A stretch of DNA of 64,000 bases from an uncultured delta proteobacterium (GTDB taxonomy: Bacteria; Desulfobacterota; WTBG01; CAIYCZ01; CAIRTM01): assembly GCA_963723235.1 (NCBI GenBank), contig CAVRPV010000017.1, positions 17,084 to 81,083 on the forward strand, given 5' to 3'. Positions within the stretch are counted from its first letter, which is position 1. Each line of letters begins with the position of its first letter. The notes beneath the pieces were generated by a model, which saw only the letters and a program-made list of their open reading frames with translations, did no database searches and was not told where the DNA came from. Shown in pieces: positions 19,810 through 27,499 of the stretch. The translations under genes were made by a program, and so were the position numbers.

Positions 19810-21778
19810 GTGATTGTTTACTCTGCTACAAAAGAAAAATTTCAGAACGATATCATGACAAATGATATCGAAAATATCATTTTAGATGCTTTTAAAACCA
19901 CAACGGGCAGACGCACAATATCTTCAGAGATAATGTCATGGAAAAACTCGTTACCATGTATGGGGCGGATTTTACAAGACAATGCAATTCCGAAGGATAC
20001 AGGCGTTGCAATTGAATATCATATTCCGCAATCATCCAAACGCATCGATTTTATTTTGACAGGTAAAGATCATCAAAATAAAGAAGCTGCCGTACTCATA
20101 GAACTTAAACAATGGGACAAAGCCTACCTGACAGATAAAGATGCAATCGTAAGCACACGGTTCAAGCACGGCGAAGTAGAGACACCGCACCCCTCCTACC
20201 AAGTCTGGTCATATAAATGTCTTTTAGAAGATTTTAATCAGACTGTACAGGAAGAAAAAATCGGGCTCTTCCCTTGCGCATATCTTCATAATTATGACCC
20301 TGATGATGTTATTACAAACAAACGCTATAGCAAATATATTCAAAATGCCCCGATTTTTTTAAAAAAAGATGCCCTGAAGTTGCAGCGGTTTATAAAAGAG
20401 TACATCAAATATGGTGACCGCAATCAAATCATGTACCGGATTGAGCATGGCAGGATAAGACCATCAAAAAACCTTGCCGATCAGCTTGTATCAATGCTTC
20501 AGGGCAATCAAGAGTTTGTGATGATTGATGATCAAAAGGTTGTCTATGAAACTGCTCTTAAGCTTACAGGGAAGGCATCTACCACTAAAAAACAGGTATT
20601 GATTGTTGAAGGTGGCCCAGGGACCGGAAAATCTGTTATTGCAATTAACCTTCTTGTTGAACTAACAAAGCAAAAGCTGCTTGCACAATATGTTACGCGA
20701 AATTCTGCACCTCGCTTAGTTTATGAAGCGATGTTAGCAGGTACTTTAACAAGAACGAATATATCTAACATGTTTAAGAGTTCGGGTTCTTATCATGCCA
20801 TAGAAGATAATGTTTTTGATTATTTGATCGTTGATGAAGCGCATAGGCTTAATGAAAAATCAGGTATGTTTAATAACCTTGGTGAAAATCAAATCAAAGA
20901 AATAATCAAGTCAAGTAAATGCAGTATTTTTTTTCTTTGATGAAGACCAGCGGGTAACCCTTAAGAGATATTGGTAATAAAGAACAAATTCGCCAGTTTA
21001 CAAAAGAATCTAATGCGGATGTTTTGGAGTGTGGACTCGAATCTCAGTTTCGTTGTAATGGTTCAGACGGGTATCTTGCCTGGCTTGACAATACATTACA
21101 AATAAGAGAAACGGCGAATGAAAAACTTAGTACGGATTAATATGATTTTCGTATTATTGATAGTCCTTTGAAATTACATAGTTTGATCCGTGAAAAAAAT
21201 AGAGAAAACAATAAGGCACGTATCTGGTGGCGGGGTACTGTTGGAAGTGGGTTAGCAAAAAGAATCCGGTTCTTAAAGATATTGTTATTGGTGATTACAA
21301 GGCGACTTGGAATCTTGATAGCGACGGGCAGGTATGGATAATTAAGCCGGATTCAGTGAATGAAGTGGGCTGTATTCATACTTGCCAAGGGTTGGAAGTT
21401 GACTATATCGGAGTTATAGTAGGCCCGGATTTGATTGTGCGTAACAATGAAGTCATTACCCAGCCCCTTGAGCGTGCATCTTATGATAAGTCAGTTCATG
21501 GGTGGAAGAAAAGGATGAAAGAAAAACCCCATGAAACAAAGAAGATGCTCGATGATATTATTAAGAACACCTATCGCACACTTATGACCCGTGGGCAAAA
21601 GGGTTGTTATGTTTATTTTGTCGATCAAGAAACGCGGCAATATTTCGAAGCACGCCTTAAGTTAAATGCAGAGAGCATGGATGCTGTTTTGCAAGAAGCA
21701 TGTTGCAATCAACAGCCTTTTAGACAGCTACCAGTTGAAGAAATAAGGCCTTACGAGAATTGTGTGCCCTTGTGTTGA
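19810..21778 (+). pseudogene. DUF2075-type protein with a nuclease-like N-domain and a P-loop ATPase/helicase core, multiply disrupted
   Basis: N-domain 'AIEYHIPQSSKRIDFILTG...AVLIELKQW'. Walker A is 'EGGPGTGKSVIA' and Walker B is 'LIVDEAHRL'. Motifs then continue across frames: 'IFF|DEDQRVTLK|DIGNKEQ...ESQFRCNGSDGYLAWLDNTL...STD*YDFRIIDSP...KARI|VAGYCWKW...CQGLEVDYIGVIVGPD...TRGQKGCYVYF'. Frame changes are at ~20927-20938 (T8 run), ~20963-20967 and ~21224-21227. An in-frame TAA is at 21138-21140. Confidence 0.8.
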
Positions 21779-22236
21779 CTTTAGAGCAGCAGCCGGACAT
21801 TTTAGTGATGAGCAACAGGTAACATCATGGATCAATGGTCAGGACGAAACGGAGATATCAGGAAACGACTTGGGTTGAGTTGCCGGATGTTTTTCGACCT
21901 CAACGAGATTTGTTTGTTGCCCAAGTTGTCGGTGAATCCATGAACCGTCGCATACCAAACGGCTCATGGTGTCTGTTTCGTTTGAATCCTGCAGGTTCTC
22001 GCCAAGGGAAGATAGTTTTGGTTCAGCATCGGGATATTGCAGATACTGATACAGGTGGGCATTACACCGTCAAGCTGTATGAAAGCAGAAAACAGGAAAA
22101 GGTGGACGGTAGTTGGCTCCATTCATCGATTGTTTTGCGACCTGATACTACAGCATCGGGGTATGAACCAATCATATTAAGCGAGGATCAGTGCGATTAT
22201 TTAAGGGTAATCGCAGAATTTATTGCAGTTTTGTGA
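21774..22236 (+). pseudogene. LexA/S24-type serine peptidase domain. It apparently continues the DUF2075 reading frame as a C-terminal fusion, and is frameshifted.
   Basis: One extra base at 21773 joins '...PYENCVPL' to 'VDFRAAAGHFSDEQQVTSW...', which contains a LexA-like AAG cleavage-site motif. After another shift (21835-21876) it reads 'WVELPDVF...FVAQVVGESMNRRIPNGSWCLFR...GKIVLV...YTVKLY', with the catalytic Ser in 'GESM' and Lys in 'VKL'. Confidence 0.7.
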
Positions 22237-22277
22237 GCGGCTGTGATTTTTGGTGGAATTTTGGGTAATTCGAAATG

Positions 22278-22297
22278 CGGGGACACCATACTAATTT
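22278..22297 (+). repeat. 20-nt direct repeat CGGGGACACCATACTAATTT, the left flank of the EEP/PD-(D/E)xK gene pair
   Basis: 19 of 20 positions are identical to 23755-23774. Confidence 0.7.
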
Positions 22298-22436
22298 TAA
22301 CTGTCCTTCGGTTCAAGAATGGGTATGCCCCCACTGATTTCCACCATTGTGCAGGCGCGGTGAAATATCAAAATTAACAGGCATATCAAATGCGGGGAAT
22401 AAAGGGGCGCAGCCCCCTATTGCCGAAGGATTGCCA

Positions 22437-23193
22437 GTGAGAATCGTTTCTTGGAACTGCAACGGTGCTTTTCGGAAGAAATTTTCGCAGCTTGCAGCAA
22501 TTGACGCTGACGTCTACATCATTCAAGAATGTGAAAACCCTCAATTGCTAGTCAACAAGAGTAAGGAGTTTCTCGAATTCTCCTCGAATCACCTTTGGCA
22601 TGGCGAAAACAAGAACAAAGGTCTCGCAGTTTTTGCGAAACCTGATCTTGGGCTTAAAAAAGTGACGCTTAACCATGATTGGCATGGTAGATCTCTCAAG
22701 TGGTTTCTTCCTTTTTACCTTTCTAAAAGCAATCAAATATTTAAGTTCTTGGGGCTTTGGAATCATAGTGCTGGCGCAAAGGCGTTTGCCTATATTGGTC
22801 AGTCCTGGCTATTCTTCCAGAACAACAGAGAATTCTTTAGGAATGCCATTATCGCTGGCGATTTCAACAGCAACAAGATATGGGATTCGTGGGATAGATG
22901 GTGGAATCACACAGACTATGTAAATGAACTCTCAAATCTTGGTCTATGCAGTCTTTATCATTTCATTTATGGCCAAGAACAGGGGACGGAAACTCAACCA
23001 ACTTTCCTTTTGCAGAGAAACGAAAGAGAAGAAATACCACATCGACTACATTTTTACCGATGCGGAAAAAGCACAGCGGACTACAGAGTTCAAGATCCAT
23101 GATTTCAAGGACTGGATAGAACTAAGTGACCATGTGCCAATCGAATGGAATTTTAGTGAGCGGTCTGAAGGGAAGCTGAATGGACAACGATGA
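22437..23193 (+). pseudogene. Endonuclease/exonuclease/phosphatase (EEP) family protein, with an apparent +1 frameshift near 23010-23040
   Basis: GTG start at 22437 with AAGGA 8 nt upstream. Motifs are 'RIVSWNCNGAFR', 'DVYIIQECE' and 'IIAGDFNS'. In frame 1 it continues 'KEKKYHIDYIF...ELSDHVPIEW'. Span is 757 nt (3n+1). Confidence 0.8.
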
Positions 23194-23705
23194 AGATTAT
23201 GTACTTGATAAATGCAAAGGAAGCATCTAGAAAAAAATCACTCGGTGAACTGGGTGAGCTCTTTGCGATAAAGACTCTCGTTGACAATGAATTCGACAAG
23301 ATCAGAAACCTAAATGACGACCATAGGAATGAGGCCTTTGCAGACATAGTTTGTGAAAAGAATGGCGTGAGGTATGTGGTCAGCGTAAAGGCAAGAAACA
23401 AATTTCAACTGGACGGCAAACTGAATAGTCGGTACAACTTGGGAACCAATGCGTATGAAAAGGCGCGATCAGCGGAGTACAAACATGGTGGAATTGCTCA
23501 TTGGATGGCGATCCAGTTCGACCTTCATGAATATTCAGTCTATTTTGGGTCGTTGAGCGAGTTGAATTCGGCCAAAGCGATACCGATTGACAAGTGTGAA
23601 GCTGGTATCATTGGCAAAAAACTAGTTGACAGGAAAAGGCACTATTTTGATTTTGGATACTACAAGAACAAAATGAGGAGAAATCTAATATCAAAATCAA
23701 CTTGA
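23190..23705 (+). CDS. Small PD-(D/E)xK-like (restriction-endonuclease fold) protein
   Basis: 171 aa with 'GELGELFAIKTLVDNEFDKIRNLN...FADIVCEKNGVRYVVSVKARN', which resembles the G-E...D...(E/S)-x-K pattern of YraN/Hjc-like nucleases. Its ATG overlaps the EEP stop (ATGA). Confidence 0.55.
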   Translation: MKIMYLINAKEASRKKSLGELGELFAIKTLVDNEFDKIRNLNDDHRNEAFADIVCEKNGVRYVVSVKARNKFQLDGKLNSRYNLGTNAYEKARSAEYKHGGIAHWMAIQFDLHEYSVYFGSLSELNSAKAIPIDKCEAGIIGKKLVDRKRHYFDFGYYKNKMRRNLISKST

Positions 23706-23754
23706 CTCAGGCCGTTCGTCCTCCGTAGGTAACTTTTCAATGGAGGGGGAAATC

Positions 23755-23774
23755 CGGGGACACCATACTGATTT
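23755..23774 (+). repeat. 20-nt direct repeat CGGGGACACCATACTGATTT, the right flank of the EEP/PD-(D/E)xK gene pair
   Basis: 19 of 20 positions are identical to 22278-22297. Confidence 0.7.
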
Positions 23775-23786
23775 ATCCAAATCTTA

Positions 23787-23900
23787 CCGGGGTCGGACCT
23801 TGCCCGGCGGTGTTAAGCTGTTGAATCTGCTGATGTGTTCATTGCCGCACGGCACGTTTTTAGTGCTTAGAAGCCCTTTTTCAGTATCAAAACCCGCGCT
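23787..23900 (+). repeat. Island repeat family T, copy 1 (CCGGGGTCGGACCTTGCCCGGCGGTGTTAAGCTGTTGAATCTGCTGATG...)
   Basis: It is near-identical over about 110 nt to 24781-24890 and shares its first ~65 nt with 25829-25895. Confidence 0.8.
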
Positions 23901-23946
23901 TCGCAGGACCACACTACAACTGCATTCGATATGGGGCCGTTGCTGA

Positions 23947-24348
23947 TCAGTGCGGAAGGGTTTGTAAACCGCAGTATTTTTCGATCGGGATAAAGTCCTT
24001 ATCGTTGTGGAGAAGCGCCACATCGTGCTCAATGGCCGTGGCAGCGATCATGCAGTCAACGGGTGTTCGTATCGTGATGCCCCTGCGGCGTAGATCGCGA
24101 TATATCTCCGCTGACCGCACATACACCGCATAGTCCATGGGAAGAAAAATCAGGTTGGCAAGCATGTCGCGCGTTTGCCGAAATTCGAAATCATCCCTGA
24201 TACCCTGAAGCAGTTCAGTGAGAATCACGCCGCACAGGCAGATGTCCTCCCTGTCCTTAATGAGCTTTTCAAGGGTCCCTACATGCTGCCCGGCAGGGTG
24301 TGGCGAAAAAAAATCTATCCAGACCGTGGTATCAACCAGAACCATCAT
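23947..24348 (-). CDS. vapC: PIN-domain toxin VapC
   Basis: 'MVLVDTTVWIDFF', 'TELLQG', 'VDCMIAATA' and 'LLHNDKDF' supply the PIN acidic residues. It overlaps the vapB stop by 4 nt. Confidence 0.92.
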   Translation of the reverse strand: MMVLVDTTVWIDFFSPHPAGQHVGTLEKLIKDREDICLCGVILTELLQGIRDDFEFRQTRDMLANLIFLPMDYAVYVRSAEIYRDLRRRGITIRTPVDCMIAATAIEHDVALLHNDKDFIPIEKYCGLQTLPH

Positions 24349-24548
24349 CCAGTACGTCCCCGCCGCAATTCATCCAGATCTCCGTCCCAGTGAATCCTGC
24401 CTTTGAGCTGTAGCAACTTTGTCTGCCGTTCATGGCGGAGCAGTTCCCGCAGGGCATGGTCTATAAGGCCCTTTTGGGTTTTAATACCCGTGGCTTTTAT
24501 GCAATCGCCGATAAGTTTTTCGTCAAGCACTATGTTAGTTCGTTTCAT
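24345..24548 (-). CDS. vapB: VapB-family antitoxin
   Basis: 67 aa: 'MKRTNIVLDEKLIGDCIKATGIKTQKGLIDHALRELL...'. It lies immediately upstream of vapC. Confidence 0.88.
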   Translation of the reverse strand: MKRTNIVLDEKLIGDCIKATGIKTQKGLIDHALRELLRHERQTKLLQLKGRIHWDGDLDELRRGRTG

Positions 24549-24571
24549 CCCAGTCCTCCTTTGATGTTTGT

Positions 24572-24605
24572 ATACACATTATATTATAATTTATGTGTAT
24601 GTCAA
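24572..24605 (-). promoter_or_regulatory. Putative vapBC promoter with an overlapping operator palindrome
   Basis: On the minus strand the pattern is TTGACA (24600-24605), a 16-nt spacer, then TATAAT (24578-24583). A perfect 8-bp inverted repeat ATACACAT (24572-24579) / ATGTGTAT (24593-24600) spans the spacer and -10. GGAGG RBS precedes the ATG. Confidence 0.6.
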
Positions 24606-24780
24606 TGGGTAAGACCGGATAAATAATCACCGTTGATTCGGCTGCATGTTCGATTGATGGTTTTTAGAGCTTTTAACTGTCTTTATCTAGTCGCAGGACG
24701 CGGCGTATTCTTCCAGGTTTGTGTTGATTTTTGTGGTGAGGCAGGCTCGTTCTGAAAAGTATTGGAGAGGGATAGGTTGA

Positions 24781-24890
24781 CTGGGTCGGACCTTGCCCGG
24801 CGGTGTTAAGCTTTGAATCTGTGAGTGTTCATTGCCGCATGGCATGTTTTTAGTGCTTAGAAGCCCCTTTTCAGTATCAAAATCCGCGCT
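24781..24890 (+). repeat. Island repeat family T, copy 2
   Basis: 'CTGGGTCGGACCTTGCCCGGCGGTGTTAAGCTTTGAATCTGTGAGTGTTCATTGCCGCATGGCATGTTTTTAGTGCTTAGAAGCCCC...' is in the same orientation as copy 1. Confidence 0.8.
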
Positions 24891-25188
24891 GTAAAATCCA
24901 CACCTTTTGCCTGCCTGCTTTCGCCCTTGTTTCTGCCGAACATTGTGTGCTATTCCTTTTGATGCCTGCCGAGAAACGTATTTAAAAAGAAAGGGTTGCA
25001 ACCGTTTTCAGACGAACTATGTCACGATGTTTCACCCGTCTAAGATTCATGGAATTTTTCCCGCCGGTAAGCGACTATCCTTGGTAATGGCACCATAAAG
25101 ATTGGCAATAATAAGTGACAGCGCCCTTTGTTTTTACTATCCATGCCATGCAGCAGCATACACGGGCAATTATAATGTAATAAACTGC

Positions 25189-25217
25189 TTGTAACGCATT
25201 AGGTTACATGTTATATA
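25189..25217 (+). promoter_or_regulatory. Possible higBA promoter/operator
   Basis: TTGTAA (25189-25194), a 17-nt spacer, then TATATA (25212-25217). The inverted repeat TGTAAC-N7-GTTACA lies inside. The ATG at 25225 has no obvious SD, so the transcript could be near-leaderless. Confidence 0.35.
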
Positions 25218-25224
25218 TGTAGAC

Positions 25225-25503
25225 ATGATTAAATCATTCAGGCATAAAGGGCTGGAAAAGTTTTTCCACCATGATGACCGCAGTAAAATAATTCCAGACC
25301 ATGCCCCCAGGCTGGCCCGCATACTTGACCGCCTGGACGCATCAGCAGGCCCCGATGACATGAATCTGCCCGGCTTTAAACTGCACCGGCTTTCGGGCAA
25401 AGAGAAGGACACCTGGTCGGTCTGGGTAAACGGCAATTGGCGTGTTACCTTTCAATTTGAAGGAGCCGATGCTGTGATCGTCGATTACAGGGATTATCAC
25501 TGA
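25225..25503 (+). CDS. higB: HigB-type toxin ('plasmid maintenance system killer', RelE/ParE superfamily)
   Basis: 92 aa: 'MIKSFRHKGLEKFF...NGNWRVTFQFEGADAVIVDYRDYH'. Confidence 0.9.
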   Translation: MIKSFRHKGLEKFFHHDDRSKIIPDHAPRLARILDRLDASAGPDDMNLPGFKLHRLSGKEKDTWSVWVNGNWRVTFQFEGADAVIVDYRDYH

Positions 25504-25525
25504 CTATTTTTAAGGAGCACACATC

Positions 25526-25819
25526 ATGATTAACAAACGCAAACCCACACATCCCGGAGAAGTTTTGCGGGAGGATGTTTTGGTCCCTCTGCAAATTACG
25601 ATAACGGAAGCTGCAAAACGTTTGCGCACGTCGCGGAAAACACTGTCTGCAATTTTAAACGGCAGGGGGCCTGTGACACCGGACATGGCCGTAAAAATCG
25701 CCCTTGCAACAGGCACTACGCCGGAAAGCTGGCTGTATATGCAGTCAAAACTCGACCTCTGGCATGCCGGGCAAAAGAAAATTAACGTTGGAGAATTGCG
25801 CGCCGCAGTTGGCGCATAG
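25526..25819 (+). CDS. higA: HigA-type HTH (XRE) antitoxin
   Basis: 97 aa: 'THPGEVLREDVLVPLQITITEAAKRLRTSRKTLSAILNGRGPVTPDMAVKIA'. Confidence 0.9.
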   Translation: MINKRKPTHPGEVLREDVLVPLQITITEAAKRLRTSRKTLSAILNGRGPVTPDMAVKIALATGTTPESWLYMQSKLDLWHAGQKKINVGELRAAVGA

Positions 25820-25828
25820 TGTGTCTGA

Positions 25829-25895
25829 CCGGGGTCGGACCTTGCCCGGCGGTGTTACGCTGTTGAATCGGTTGATGCGTACATTGCCGCACGCA
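25829..25895 (+). repeat. Island repeat family T, copy 3 (5' part only)
   Basis: 'CCGGGGTCGGACCTTGCCCGGCGGTGTTACGCTGTTGAATCGGTTGATGCGTACATTGCCGCAC' begins 10 nt after the higA stop. Confidence 0.75.
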
Positions 25896-25909
25896 GGGTA
25901 CTTTTCAAG

Positions 25910-25984
25910 CCCCCTTTGGCAAAGGGGGTTGGGGGATTTGTCGGAAGCATGAAATCCCCCTGTATCCCCCTTTATAAAAGGGGG
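25910..25984. repeat. Three consecutive G5/C5-A3/T3 stem-loops ('KGG'-type REP cluster)
   Basis: The stem-loops are CCCCCTTT-GGC-AAAGGGGG (25910-25928), GGGGGATTT-N12-AAATCCCCC (25931-25960) and CCCCCTTT-ATA-AAAGGGGG (25966-25984). Confidence 0.7.
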
Positions 25985-26172
25985 AAATCGCCTCATGGCG
26001 CACCTACACACTGAGGAAGTTTACCGGCCGGAAAGCGGCTATGATATACGCCTTTGTTATCGGGCTCTGTTTTGATCGAGATAATAAGGAACAGGAGGTA
26101 TAGGGGACATCCTTTAAAGGCCAGGCCTTAGTGATGAACAGCCGTGTCAAGGTGGCGTAAGGTGCAGTTGAA

Positions 26173-26802
26173 TTACCAGAAAACAGGTTTTTCAATCCAG
26201 CCGTTTTCTGTGCTGCGAAGCTTTGCCGGGAATTGAGCTTTTTGCAATAGTATGTTCGGAAGGGTTTTAGCTTTATCTGCGGCTGCACGAATTTCCACAG
26301 CCGCCCCTCTTGTTGGATCGTTAGCCGGAACGTAAACAATAACCTCACGGTCCGGCCTGTTTCGCTTCAGCTCCCTGATAGCAGGAACAAGATCAGAATC
26401 ACCACTTACCACTACAAGCCTTTCACAGCTATCGTTGAAAGCATCCGCAAGCATATGCACAGCGATATTAACGTCTGTTCTTTTTTCCTCCTGCATTCTG
26501 AAAAACCTGCTGCCGATATGCCTGCATGCCGGCACAAGGCATTTGACTGATTTTGTTTTAAATTTGCCGAGGTAAATGTGGACCAGGGGAAGTGTTGCAA
26601 GGGCTAAGAGGTATGTTTCCTGATTGCTCCGGTGAGAGCCATCGATGAGCGCCGTAAAATATTTTATTGCCTGAATGTCATCATCCTGCCTTAAAAGCGT
26701 AAAAAAGCGCCCCAGGTTCAACCATTTATAAGGGGTTCCTTTGACGGCGCCATAATACAGATTAAACCCATCGATATAAATAATGCTCCGCTTTTTTTTC
26801 AT
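26173..26802 (-). CDS. NYN-domain (LabA-like) protein
   Basis: 209 aa with 'IIYIDGFNLYYG', 'RTDVNIAVHMLADA' and 'LVVVSGDSDLVPAIREL'. Confidence 0.8.
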   Translation of the reverse strand: MKKKRSIIYIDGFNLYYGAVKGTPYKWLNLGRFFTLLRQDDDIQAIKYFTALIDGSHRSNQETYLLALATLPLVHIYLGKFKTKSVKCLVPACRHIGSRFFRMQEEKRTDVNIAVHMLADAFNDSCERLVVVSGDSDLVPAIRELKRNRPDREVIVYVPANDPTRGAAVEIRAAADKAKTLPNILLQKAQFPAKLRSTENGWIEKPVFW

Positions 26803-26896
26803 AGCCCCTCATAAAAAAAATGCACCCGTGTAGGGTGCACAACCGACATTACGTCGGGGAGTCGTCTTTTTTGCCCCGTTTCTTTATATAGGCATT

Positions 26897-27256
26897 TTAC
26901 AATCGTTTGTCAACAGCATTCTTTTCACAGGCCTGCGCGTGGTTATGGCTGCCAATGCGACGATGGTCATTTTGTATTGGGACATAGGTCGGATGATTCT
27001 TGACCGTCAGAAAAACGAAGGCTGGGGAGCCAGAGTTATTGATCGTCTTTCGGCTGACTTGCGTGAAACTTTTCCCGATATGCAAGGGCTTTCACCGCGA
27101 AATCTTAAATACATGCGTGCCTTTGCAGCAGCCTGGCCGTCAAAAGAAATTGTGCAAGAGCCTCTTGCACAATTTCCCTGGTATCACCAGATAGCACTGC
27201 TTGAAAAATGCCGCACCCCCGAAGAGAGGCTGTGGGAAGTTACAGGACGTTGTTGA
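26897..27256 (+). pseudogene. DUF1016/YhcG-family (PDDEXK-type) N-terminal fragment, truncated
   Basis: 'AANATMVILYWDIGRMILDRQKNEGWGARVIDRLSADLRETFPDMQGLSPRNLKYMRAF...PWYHQIALLEK..TPEERLW'. There is no credible start. It ends after ~105 aa, 2 nt before MITE copy B; the family is usually more than 300 aa. Confidence 0.65.
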
Positions 27257-27258
27257 AT

Positions 27259-27438
27259 TAGAGCATTTATCTTTTTTCTGTAGCCTTTTTAAAAAGAAGA
27301 TGTTCACCCGTTCGTGGTGAGCTTGTCGAACCATGGACGGATTGCAGCGTCAAATACGTTGTCCGTTAACCCTTCGCCAGGCTCAGGGCGAACGGACGGT
27401 GTTGTATCGCAGGCTATAGTATTTAGATACATGCTCTA
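27259..27438 (-). mobile_element. Miniature TIR element (MITE-like), copy B, at the right boundary of the accessory island
   Basis: It is the reverse complement of copy A. Termini are TAGAGCATTTATCT ... AGATACATGCTCTA (14-bp TIR with 1 mismatch). Confidence 0.8.
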
Positions 27439-27474
27439 AAAAAATAAGGGGGCATCCTGTACGAGCGATGCCCC
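27438..27474 (-). terminator. Intrinsic terminator of the nfeD-SPFH operon
   Basis: The minus strand reads GGGGCATC-N10-GATGCCCC followed by CTTATTTTTTT. It lies 26 nt after the SPFH stop and abuts MITE copy B. Confidence 0.7.
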
Positions 27475-27499
27475 TGCAATCAAAGCAGTGCTGCCAGAC

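Noticed and set aside
24687-25001. ORFs of 60-104 aa overlapping the T-, R- and MITE-family repeats. Examples are 4606-4872, 16013-16306, 23740-24032, 24687-25001, 25704-26011 and 27140-27334.
   Set aside because: Their 'conserved' peptides ('RTLPGGVKLLN', 'LTPPGKVRP', 'FFNSL') arise from translating repeated DNA in either orientation. They have no RBS or start context.
23787-25895. Integron-like cassette array (attC sites) suggested by GTTAAGC (= GTTRRRY) inside the three T-family repeats next to small TA cassettes.
   Set aside because: The repeat ends are not inverse complements of each other, so there is no R''/R' pairing. GTTAAGC would lie in a loop rather than at the base of the best hairpin. 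No intI gene is present, the cassettes are not co-oriented, and no comparable repeat separates the larger upstream genes.
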